Of a stretch of 64,000 nt of DNA, positions 48,897-60,312 are shown in pieces (positions within the stretch are counted from its first letter, which is position 1; the number at the start of each line of letters is the position of its first letter). The stretch is from Rebecca billardiae RCC1528 (Eukaryota; Protista; Haptophyta). The DNA lies in assembly GCA_965240325.2 (NCBI GenBank), contig OZ251231.1:1984001-2048000 (forward strand). Direction: 5' to 3'. The position numbers were made by a program, and so were the translations under genes. The notes under the pieces were generated by a model. That model ran no database searches, had not been told where the DNA came from, and worked only from the letters and a program-made list of their open reading frames with translations.

Positions 48897-50283
48897 ATGG
48901 AGCGACGCGCAGACGCGGAGCGCCCGGCGCTGAGCGCATTCGGCCGGGCGAGCGCGCCGAACCAGATCATGTCGCTCATCACGCCATTCGTCGGTGTCGA
49001 CGACGTCGCCCACCTCGCCCAGGGCGCGCCCCCGCCCTCTGTGTTTCCGATCACGGGTCTACAGCTTGAGCTTGCGGATGGGAACGTCGTGCGCGTCGGT
49101 GCCGAAGCCATGGCGAGCGCGCAGCAGTATCAGTACGCGCGCTCGGGGTACGCGCCGTTGACGGCGTGGTGCAGGTGCGCGCCTTCTGCGCGCCCCTCCC
49201 TGTCTTGCTCGCTTGCCTCCACAGGCTCATGCATGCGTCGCGCACGCTGTGCGCCGCAGGGACTTTACGGCTAAGCACCACCGCGTTCGTGGCGGTTGGG
49301 AGGTAGCGCTGCACGCTGGCGCAACAGACGCCATCTCCAAGCTGACCGAGGTGCTCTGCGACCCGGGCGACCTCGTGCTGTGCGAGGCGTACACGTGGTC
49401 GACCGCACTCGATGGCATGCGCATGCGTGGGGTGTGCCTCGCGGGCGTCGAGGTGGACGGCGACGGGATGGTGCCCGCCGCGCTTGAGCGCGAGATCGCT
49501 CGCGCTCAAGCCGCCAAGCAGGCAATCAAGGCCCTCTACATCGTGCCCAACGGCTCCAACCCGTGCGGCACCACGCTCGCGCCCGAGCGGTTTGCGCAGA
49601 TCTACGCGCTGTGCTCTGCGCACGGCATCCTGGTGATGGAGGACGACCCGTACTGGTGGCTGGGGCTGGGCGGCGCGAAGGAGCCGCTCCCCGGGCCGCG
49701 AACGTCATTCGCCTCGATCGACGCCGACTTGAACGTCGTGCGCATCGACTCCTTCGCCAAGAGCGTCGCGCCGGGCTTCCGGCTCGGCTGGCTCTCGGGG
49801 CCGCCGCGCGTCGTGCACGCGTTCAACGCCGCCAACTCCACCGCCACGCTCAATGGTACGCCATTCGCGATGGTGGCGCTGCACGCGCTGCTCGAGCACT
49901 GGGGCGAGGCGGGGCTGTACGCGCATATCGAGCGCACGCGTGCGGAGTACAGGCGGCGTCTGGACGCGGTGCTCCGCGTGGCTGAGGAGCGGCTGGCCGG
50001 CCTCGCCAGCTGGAGCGCGCCCAAGGCAGGGATGTTCCTCTTCCTCGACCTCTCGCCCTCGGGGGTGCAGGACTCGACCAAGCTGATGCCCAAGCTGCGC
50101 GAACACCGCGTGCTCACCATCCCCTCTGCCGTGTTCTCGCCGAGCGGCGCGCCGTCGCCGCACATGCGCATTTCTTTCTCCCAAGCTAGCGACGACGACA
50201 TTGCCAAGGGCATCAGCCGGCTGGCCGATCTGCTCAGTTGTCACAGTCATCATCACGACAGTGACGAGCAGCAGACAGTGTAG
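48897..50283 (+). CDS. PLP-dependent class I aminotransferase (2-aminoadipate/kynurenine/aromatic, Aro8/LysN-like); exons 48897-49174 and 49260-50283
   Basis: Motifs QY..SGY..L, VPNGSNPCG, MEDDPY, DSFAKSVAPGFRLGW (PLP Lys), PKAGMFL and MRISFS. Confidence 0.92.
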
Positions 50284-50420
50284 TGTGTCGTGTTGATGTG
50301 ACTGATCAGCAGCAATCAGTCATCAGCAGAATCATCATCAGCAGCGCGCGCGCGCATATCATATCGCGTAGTAGCTAGTACGACTTAGTATAGTAATAAT
50401 ATAGTAGTTCGTATTATTTA

Positions 50421-53400
50421 TGATCGGCTACGCCGATCTTCGGGTAGTAAACAACGAAGTTGAGGGCGCACGGCCCGATAGTGGCTGCTAGTTGTCGCGT
50501 TCTTTCTTCGTCACGAATCACGCAGCTTGTGAGCAGCAGCCGGCTTGTGATAGCCTGGTCCATCTCGATTTTCGCCAGTGTAAAAGCCTTTTTCGGATTT
50601 TGGGCGCCTCATTTCTCCCGATTTTTCTCGTTGCTCGTCGCGCTCGTCAAAAATCGCCACCGGCCGTCCGACGGCTCGCCGCGACGAAGGTCGGAAGGGG
50701 CTCGAGAGCCTCGACTGGACGACTGCGCCGCCTCATGTCAGGTGTAGTGCTGGACACATCGTTCGGGTGCCCCGGTGGTGTGCGTGCACACCTTGAGCGA
50801 CATGTCTGCGTTGCTTCCGCCGCCCGCGGTCCGTCGCCAGGTCGACTTCTTGCCCGACGGCGTGCGTCGAACGCTCACCTGCTGGGTTGCGCCGCGCCTT
50901 CGAGACGGGCCACCTCGGGTAATATGCGGGCCACGCGACGGCTCGTGTCGGCCACCGCCTACCCCTAGCATGTATTCGATGCCACCACCAGCGTTGGGCG
51001 CGCTGCGCATCGCCAACGCTTCATCCGGCCAGTCCCGTCACGTTCGCGCATGGGTCGTCCTGAGCGGCGGCTGTCGATTTGTGCTCCTCGTGGAGCTGTA
51101 TGACGGGCTGGTGGCGAGCAGGATGGCTCGCCTTGCGGGGCTGGGTGTGTACAGTCGCAGTGTGGTGGCTGCCGGCTGACTCCCATCGCATGGGTGCTGC
51201 TTTACCGTCATGGCCTTTGCTGCGAGCACAAGGTCGAGGATCGTACCGCGGTCTGCGAGGCAGAGTCGACGGAGTCGTCGCTTGAAGATGGTTGAGAGCG
51301 CTCATACGTCTTCCTTGGTGCCGTGCAGCTACTCCAGCACGCAAGGCTTGCGCTCTGGCGCCTGTTTGGTGTCCATGGGTGGCACATTGTGCCATTCGGG
51401 TGGCTCGGAAGCACGTGCTCGGGTGTCTTTCCCGTTTACGCGCGGTGGGCCATGTCACCACGCACGGCCAGAGCATGTCATGGCACGCGGAGGGTGCCCA
51501 TGAACGATCCCCACCCCGGTGGTGGCCGTAGGCGCACTCAAAGCGGTCGCATCGTCACCCGCGGATCACATCAGTCCGCCGTTGAGGCTGTCGGGCGAGC
51601 AAAGACGTGCGATCTGACCCTTGGACGGGCAGCTAGAATCGCGATTATGCCTCATCTAAGGACGCACATGTCGTCGTTGTAGGCAGTACTGATGCCCCAA
51701 GTGAAAGGGCGGGCGTGGCACGCGACTTGACAGCTTGAATGACTCGATGCACGCCGCCATGGACACGCGAACCGGATCCGTTGCGAACCTGCCGTGTGGC
51801 TCACGGCGGCGCGCGTTGTGCCGCATATCGGCCAGTCGCCACGCAGGAGATGGTCTCCAGACCAGGTCCAGCACCTGACCGACTGCCGCACGCCTGGCCG
51901 GGTGGGAGTCCGGCCCTCTTCTTGTCTGCAGGAGTGCGCGGAAGGCCAGGCGGAGCCTCTTCCGACCAATGCACCCCGCGCGCCGCACTAATCGTGCAGC
52001 CTGGGACAGCTACCCACCTATGGCGAATATGTAACGACATAGTGGCATTGTAATTATACAGGTCCAGACCGCGTATTTATGCGGGTACACTGCCCATACT
52101 ATGCGGGTACAAATGGGTAATATTGTCGATCTTGCAGTAGTTGAGTACGGCCACTTGCGCACAGACCACAGCCCATCCTAATGGCCTGTACCAAGGTTCA
52201 TGCTCGCCTCGACGTACGCCAATAAGTAAGTTCGTGCGTTTGGGCTCATTTCGGTTAAGTACTTACCCACCTTCAGACTGACGATTCTCTATGTGTCCGT
52301 AGTTGTCCGCGGCGCGCGCGCGCACGCTCACGACGGGCCGCGGATGCGATTTTTAGGCCGAAACTTTTGCTCCGCCCGGGCTGGGCCCATTTGTTACGCT
52401 GTTTCCGGGTGTGAGCGCGTGCCTAGGGGCCCGCATTCATTTGGCGATAAAATCCCCGAAAGTGCTCCAGTGCGTTTGGACCAGGCTACTTGTGACGACA
52501 CGGTCGGACGGTCGGACGGGTGCATGCGCCGAATGCAGCCGAGTCACTGGCGAGTCCGACAGCCGGGCGGCGGCGCCGGGGGTGCACGCGAGCTCGCACG
52601 CGCGTTGTGTGCGCAGCCGCGCTGCGCGCAGAGCAGCCACTCAGCGCCGCGCCCGACCACTACGCGAGAAGCCGCTGCGCCGCGCGCAGCGGCAGCAGCG
52701 GCGCCTCCGCAGCGCGCGCCGAGCCGCCGCCTCCCGCCCGTCCCGCCTCGGCCGCGGCCGCGGCGCGCGAGCGACTTGCGGCTTGCGGCGGCGGCGGGCA
52801 GCGGCGGCGCGGCGAGCGCGCACAGCGGCCCCTCGAGCGTGCGGCCGAGCGCCGCCGCGTACGTCGGGTCGCGCGCCGCGCGCCATCGCCCACACGGCCG
52901 CGGCCCAGTGCGCCGCGCCGTCCGCCACGAGGCGCGGTGCACGGTGGTGCACACATTTTGGAGGCGCGCGCCGTCGAGGCGCGGGACGGGCGGGAGGGCG
53001 GACGGGGGCGGGGGGAGCGGCGGCGGCGGCGGCGGCGCGTTGCGCGAGCCGCAGCGTACGCCCGCGCCGATCTTGAATGATGAATCTCGACGGCGGCGGC
53101 CGTGGCGACGCGTGCGCGCGCGTCGACCAACGGCGGCGCGGCCTCTGCGACGGCGGCACGGTGCGGCGGGGGCAGCGGCGGCGCGACGGCGTCGGCGGTG
53201 GCGCGCTCGCACAGCGTCTGCCGCCCGCGCGCGCCGCCGTCGTCGCCGTCGTCGCCGCGACGGAGGGCGTGCGCGCGAGGTCGGCGGCGGTGTGCGCGGC
53301 GGCGCTGGGCGAGTGCGCCAGCCTCTCGGGCAGCACACGCCCCGCCGCGCGCCCGCCGCCGCCCAGGCTCCCGCGCCCGGCCGCGCGCCGCGCCGCCGCG

Positions 53401-54309
53401 CGCGCGCAGAGGCCGCGCGCGACGATCGGCTCGTACTCGTCGTGTTTTGCGCGAGCCGGCCGGCGCAACGTGACGCCTCGCGATCTGAATCGTCACGCGT
53501 CAGGACACTACTGGTAGTCTTATTTTCAGAGAGCTCCTATAATGATTGCAGATGGATCATAACGTCGAATCACACCCGCATTTGGCTTTGAATCAATTCG
53601 TCGTACTTGAAGCGGTAGAAATTCTTATGCTCATGAGATTTTGGGCTCGTCAATGCGGGTGGCAATCCATTCTTGCAATCCAAGAAGGATTGCCACCCGC
53701 ATTGACGTCGTATCAACAGATGACCAAAAGTATATCAACAACAGTAGCTTGCTAACCGTATGATACCAGGGCGCGCGGGAAGGTCGATTCAAGCTACCCG
53801 CGCAATACCATATCGCGTCGCTTTGATGAATCTGATGAGTGAACAGCTCTCGTTTCAGTTGAATGGCGGGCGATCGTCTTTCGTTGAAACGGTGTTTTTG
53901 AAGCGCAGTTCTCTTATAAGAGAAGAGGGATGCGTCTAATCTAAAACGCTGTTTTTCAGAAGCGCGTGAATCAAAGCTGACGACCCAACCTATCGTTTCT
54001 ATGGTTGGCGAGCTGTTTCAGGCTCTTACAATTCAGGCATCTTACTATGACGGAATGTTCTAACACACGGCTGGTGTTATGTGCTATTCCACCCTGCATT
54101 CCCCTAAGTGTTACTATCGTTAAAATTAAGGGGCAGTACAAACGCAATCATTGCGGCAGCGATATCCACTCATACGCGGTGGCCACCTACCGAAAAATCC
54201 CCAAAATCCTGCGCGCATCCTCTTTTTGATTTTGCGGAGCACGTGCGCCGCCCCCCCCCCCGGCTTTCGCTCACGCTCAGACCTTTCGGGGGGGGGGGGG
54301 CGTGCGCCA
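50421..54309 (-). mobile_element. Helitron-like element, family Y copy 3 (both ends present)
   Basis: TA|TGATCGGCTACGCCGATC hairpin end and CGTGCGCCA|TA other end. Homologous to the 5' region of Y2. Confidence 0.8.
51040..51990 (-). pseudogene. Possible heavily decayed Pif1-type helicase remnant
   Basis: Fragments in the expected order across different frames: ISCVATGRYAA (Ia-like), DPVRVSM..LSSRV (II-like), RPFTWGIS (III-like) and VIQLHEEHK..DDP (IV-like). Confidence 0.35.
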
Positions 54310-55380
54310 TAATAAAGTCGTATAGTCGTCATATCGATCAACGTCATCGGACATCGGTCATCGTCTGGTTATTATATTCATCGATGATCGTCATCATCTG
54401 CGCGCTGGCGACGCGCGAATCGCACGCTACTACTAGTATAGCAGTCGTCGTCTACTAATTACAGTAGTAGTTAGTACGACATAGCTACTACAGTCTACAC
54501 GACATGATGACTCATCGCGCACGGCACGCCTGGCCGCCGCCGCGCCGCCCGCCCCGCGCGCGCTCAGCCAGTGATTGATGCAGAGCCGATGCTCCACGCC
54601 GCGCGCCGCGCGGCCCGCGTCCACGGGTGGCAACGGTGCTACAGCTAGCTGGTGACCAGAGTCCAGACGAAGCAGCAGTGCTCGCTCGCGGACGCTCAGT
54701 GGTCCGACGCGCGGTTCAAGCAGGCGAAGCTCGAGCTGATGTGCCAGTGCGCACGACGCAGGAGAACACGGGCGCGCTCAAGCGCGTCAGCCAGCTGCTC
54801 AGCCCCAGGCGACGCTCGAGGGCACGCTCCGAACAAGACCCAGATCGTGTGGCGCGCGCCATCAGTCAGTAGCCCGAACCGCGTCCCCCCACGCGCGCAC
54901 GCGCACCGAGCCGCCCGCGCGCCCCGCGCCCACGCCGCACGCGCACACACACGCGCCGCAAGCGGAGAGCGCACCATGTATGTCGACGCCGGACGCGGTG
55001 CCGATCGGCAGGGCAGGAGGCTATTTAGTCGATATCGAGCGCGGTCGATCGCCTCGCGGGCTCGTGCAGATTGTCTATCGATCGTCATCAGCGCATTGAT
55101 CAGCTGTGATGACAGTATAGTAGCAGGCGTATATCATCTAGATCGAGCAATAATATATATGCGCGCGTGTCGCGCATATATATAGCAGCATCACCAGGGG
55201 CAGGATCGTCTGGTCACTCTGGTCCTGGACACCGATGGGCCGCACGCGCGCGCCGGCCGACGCTGCGGAGCCTGATTTCCTTGAACCTGGTAGCTGCCGC
55301 CTGATTGTATCTAGTGCCTACTGCTGCCGCGCTGGTCCGGACGCGACGGATGCGGATGCCTGCCCGAGCAGCTAACCGCT

Positions 55381-58300
55381 TCACACCTCGTCCTCGGTCT
55401 CATTGCCGTCCCCATCGCCCTGCTTCTTACTGCGGTTGGTCGAGGCGCCGTCGTCCGCGGGCGTCGCCGCGCTGTTGAGGTCGAGGCGCGAGTGCTTGCC
55501 GAGCGCCTGCAGCATTTCGCGCAGGGCCTGCACCTCCTGCTTGACGGAGGCCATGTCGCGCTGCAGCGCCTGCCGGGTGCGGGCATTCTCCACGTGCACC
55601 TCGTCCTGCGCGAAGGGAGAGGGGCACACGGCGGGCAGGAGGCGCACGGCCGAGCAGCGCAGCCGCGAGCACGCGCACGCGCGGAGGCGGGCGCGGAGGG
55701 TGCGAGCGAGGGCGGGGTGGCGGCATGCGCGTGAGCGGAGGCGCGACGCGGGCCGACGTTTGGGAGCGCGCGCTGCTCAGGGCAGGGCGAGCCGGCGGGC
55801 CGACCTTGATCTCGTTGAGCTGCCCCTTCCACCCCTTGTTCGCGCTCTCCTCGTCCTTGACCACCTTGAGGACGTGCGTCCACTTGACGCCGCGCTCGCG
55901 CAGGTGCGCCAACGGGCCGGCCGCGTTGTAGTACTCTGCGGCGGTAGCGGGAGGCGCGCGGGCGCGCGTGGGCGTTAGTGGCAGCACCCATGCGCGCGCG
56001 AGCGAGCGCGCGAGCTGGGCGGCACGCTCGCGCGCGGCCGCGCGGTGCGCGCACCGACGATGAGCGACGCCTTGAGCGAGAGCGTCGCCTCCACCTGCCG
56101 CTCCTGCACCTTTGCGTACGAGTCGCCGAGGAAGGCGATGAGCGCGTTGAGCGCGACCACGCCCACGCTCACCATGAAGACGATGAACAGGCCGCGCGCG
56201 AGCCTCGGGTTCATCATCCGGTTCTCGAACGTGTCGAGGTCGACGTCGCCGAGCGCGCCCGCCTGGAACGAGGCGAGCAGCGCTTCGCCGAGCGACGAGT
56301 AGTCTCCGCCCTCGTACTGCTCGTCCTCGTACTCGTCCTGCTTGAGCGTGAAGAGCATCATGAACGAGACGGAGAAGAAGAGGAAGATGACGAACATCAC
56401 GAGCAGGAAGCCGACCATGTCGCGCACGTTCTGCAGCAGCACCATCACCAGCCAGCCGGTCAGCTCGAAGCCGCGCATCAGCTGCGCGACGCGCACAAAG
56501 AGCGCGATCGAGGCAAAGGCGAGGATGCCGCGCACGTTCACGTGGCCCTCGTCCAGCGGGACGCCGCTCGCGTCGATCAGCACGGCGATCACCGGCGCGA
56601 GGCCGGAGAGCACGTCGCTCAGGTTCCACATCGAGAAGAGGTACTGCAGCGTGCCCGGCACGAAGCCAAAGTTGAGCTGCGTGCCGAGGATCTGCCGCAC
56701 CTCGTACAGCCCGATGTACGCGCCTCCGCCCAGCAGCACGAGCGCGGACGTGACCATCCAGAACGGCACGGGCTCCTTGGGGCCCTCGTCCGCCGCGGCG
56801 AAGAAGTTGTGCACGCGCTTGCCGTGCACGATGTAGACGCAGTACACGATGAACGCCGCGACGTGCGCCAGCTGAATCAGCGTCTGCACCAGGTGGTGCG
56901 GGAAGAAGTACTGGTGCCACAGCGCGTTCACCGTCGCCGCCATGCTCTCGTTGTCGAACGTGCCGTGCTGGTCGATCTCGCCGAGCGCGAAGAGCGCGCG
57001 CTTCGAGGAGAGGCCGTCGAGGCGCACGCGGTACGGCTTCACCTCGACGCCGACGCGCTCGCCGCTCCGCGGCAGCCCGCCCTCCGCGTCGGGCACGGGC
57101 ATCGCGCCGAGCACGTTGGCCTCGAACCAGCGCCGCGGCTCGGCCGGCAGCGCGCCGCCCGCGCGCTGCACCAGCTCGTACAGCCGGCCATACGAGACGG
57201 CCTCCCACGGCGACTTGGTGCGCTCGTCCTTGGACTCGTCGTCGTCGCGCTGCCCCCTGCGCGACTCCTGCATCTTCGCCAGCTTGCGCAGGTTCGGGTC
57301 GTAGTTGAGCCAGATCAGCGTGCCCGCGCCGCCCCACGTCGGGTGCAGCTCGACGATCTCGTCCTGCGTGAGCGGCGCGCCGTTCTTGTTGCACCCGGAG
57401 CGGATGTCGGCGCCGGAGGGCTCGAGGTCGATCTGCTGGAGGAAGGCGGTGACGGCGCCGCCCATCCGCTTCTCCACGATCTTCGGGATCAGCGTCGTCG
57501 CCACCGCGCCGCGCAGCGGCACCGGCGCCTTCGCCGCCGCGAGCAGCAGCAGGCGGATCGTGCGCACGTCGCGCAGCCGGATGGCCACGTCGAACGTGAC
57601 GGGCGCGTCGGCCGCAAACGGCGTGCGGCCGGGCTTGGTGACCCACGGCAGCACGGCGAGGACGGGGAGGCGCTCGAGCAGGGCCTCGATGATCGGGCGC
57701 TCCGTGCGCGAGGCGAGCACGTCGAGCAGCCGCGCGCCCGACGTCGCCGCGCCCATCGGCTGCAGGTCGCGCTCGCCCTCGGGCATGATGTTCAACGCGA
57801 TTCTCGGGTTCTTGGCGACCATCTCGGAGACGATCTCGACGCGCTCCTCGGTGAAGTCGGAGTCGGGGCCGCCGACGGGCTGGCGCACGCGGAGCATCGG
57901 CGCCGCGTCCATCGCCTCGACCAGCGGCACCTTCGACCCGTCGCACGAGTACACCGCCAGCGCGCGGTTCGCGTCGGCGAGGGTGGAGCCGTCCGCGGAG
58001 AAGGCGAGCTTCAGCGGCCAGTAGCTCCGCTCGCCGCAGCGCGCGACGATCAGCCCGGACTGCACGTGCAGCACGGAGACGGACTTGTCGTGCGAGCCGA
58101 TCGCGAGGGTCTGGTCGTCGGGCGAGAAGGCCAGGCCCATCACCCAGCCGCGGTTGTTCTGCGTGTGCACCGCCTCGAGCGTCTTCACGTCGATGATGGC
58201 GAGCTTGCCGTTGCCGCCCGCCGCGACGAGCGTGCCGTCGTGCGCGACCGCGATCGACTGCACGCGCTTTGCGCCGAGCGTGACGAGCGTGGGCGAGCAC

Positions 58301-59991
58301 GCGGTGCTCAGCTTGTCGACGTTGCCGAAGGCGGCGCTCCCGAACTGCATGCTCGTCACCAGCCCGATGCTCGAGAGCGAGAAGATGAGCGACGCGCCGC
58401 GCTTGGCCTCGGACGCGACCGAGAGGTCGGCCGCCTTGAGGACGAGCACCTTGTCGCCCGCGACGCACGCGAGCATCGCGCCGTCCTTCGACCAGCGCAG
58501 CCCGTCCTTCGGGCTGATCGTGCCCCCGGCCGTGTGCTTCGAGCGCTGCGGGTACCCCGTCATGTTCGACAGCGTGAGCAGCGTGTTGCCGTGCGCCACC
58601 GCGATCACCGAGTTGTCGGGGCACCACGAGAGGGTCGAGACCGCGCCGTCGAGCGTGCGCGTGTGCTCGATCGTGCCGCCGCCGCCCAGGGCGATGAAGA
58701 GCAGCCCGCGCGGCGTGGCGACCGCGAGCTTGCGCCCGTAGGGCGAGAGCGCGAGCGCGGTCACGCCGGCCGACGAGCCGGGCACCTCCTGCTCCTCGAG
58801 CAGCACGTCGCGCCGCGTCTTGTAGTCGTACGCGTGCACCTGCGTGCGCCCCTTGACGAGGAGCATCTTGCCGTCCGGCGTCCACTCGCCGCGCGGCTTC
58901 ATCGCCTTGGGGCCGGACTCCTCGGGGGTGATCTCGGCGAGCATCTCGAGGCTGTCGCGGCCGATCACGAACAGCTTGTCCGCCGCCTGCACCGCGAGCG
59001 CCTCCTCGTCGAACGAGAAGGTCGCGTGGTGCACGTCGGAGGCCTGCAGCACCTCCTTCTTGACCGCCCACGTGTCCGTGTCCACGACCGTCAGCAGCTG
59101 GTCGCCCGACGAGCCGATGGCGAGGTAGGTGTTCGACTTGGAGAAGTCGAGGCAGTTGATGTACCCGCCGCGCGTGATCACGCCCAGCGGCTGCTGCGTC
59201 TTCTTCGTGATGTCCCACACCGCCGCCTTGCGCATGTCGCCGCCGAACGCGAGCCACTTGCCGTGGTTGGAGAACTCTATCACCGTCGGGTACGAGAAGA
59301 CGTACTTCTTGATCTCGAACTGGAAGACGACGGACTTGGAGGAGACGGTGTACAGCGTGATCCGCGCCTCGTGCCCGCCCCCCTTGCCCTCGCCGACGGC
59401 CACCTTCGAGCCGTCGGGCGAGACCATCGCGCACTTGACGTCGCCGGCTAGCTCAATGTCCTTCAGGTGGTTGCACGCGCGCCCGTACAGGCCGAGCACC
59501 TTCGAGCCCGTGCCGAACGCCGTGATGACGTCGCCCGCGGCGGAGCACGACACGCTCACGTTGCCCGCCCCGTTCGCCAGCTTCGCCCGCGAGATCTTCG
59601 GCTGGCCGGTCGAGAGCGTCGAGACGACGACGACGGCGAGCTGGCCCTGGCCGCCGAGCGCGAGGTACTCGCCGCGATGCGCGAGGTACATCGAGTGGAG
59701 CGTGCCGATGCCGACATCGGAGGCGGCGATGCGAGCCTTCCCGTCGCGCCCCACGCGCGCCGGCCGCGTCACGATGGCGCCCACCTCCTCGGGCGCCTCG
59801 GTCGCAAAGGCCGGCGCGTACTCGATGCTGCGCGACTCGTTGCGAGTGAGGGTGCGCTCCATGTCGCCGCGCGGCGTGGACGCGCGGTCGGAGCGAGGCG
59901 TCAGCGAGCGCGGCGTGGACGCGCGGTCATCGGCATCCTGCTCCTTCTTCCGCCCGCTGATGCGCGGCGAGGGCAGTCGAAGGCCCTTCAT
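55381..59991 (-). CDS. WD40 beta-propeller plus 6-TM TRP-like cation channel; exons 59991-56055, 55935-55805 and 55605-55381
   Basis: WD-like repeats (VMGLAFSPDDQTLAIGSHDKSV, INCLDFS, VSTLSWCPDN). Channel motifs SMWNLSD, MRGFELTGWLV and LNALIAFLGDSYAKVQE. C-terminal coiled coil. The introns restore the frame. Confidence 0.9.
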
Positions 59992-60312
59992 GGCGATGGG
60001 ACCGCAGGCGGCGCAGAACTCGGCGGGCGGGCGTCGGTGCCGCCGCTGCGCTCGCGCGATCTGCGCCGAGGCCGCCCGGCCGATTACATACCCATCTCAT
60101 TTTCGTCAGCCACCAATAAGCATCTAATGAGAATCGATCTGCCGTACTCGACTACTCGCTCTCGTACTACTACTACTACTAGTACGTACTACTAGATAGC
60201 TACTTCGAACAGTAGTACATCAGTCGTAATATGAGCGTCGTCAAGCTGCGGCGACATCGGCGCTCATCAACCGGACTCCGGCTGACATTCGACCGAGCCG
60301 ACGACGCTGCTG

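Noticed and set aside
52293-53591. 432-aa ORF and overlapping ORFs inside Y3
   Set aside because: Low-complexity GC-rich sequence, open in most frames, with no domain signal.
55427-59451. Very long alternative-frame and antisense ORFs (1335 aa and 1157 aa; also most of 26376..29864)
   Set aside because: They are shadow ORFs caused by GC3 bias, Arg/Ala-rich and without motifs. Only the end of 55427..59434 and of 26376..29864 overlap real exons.
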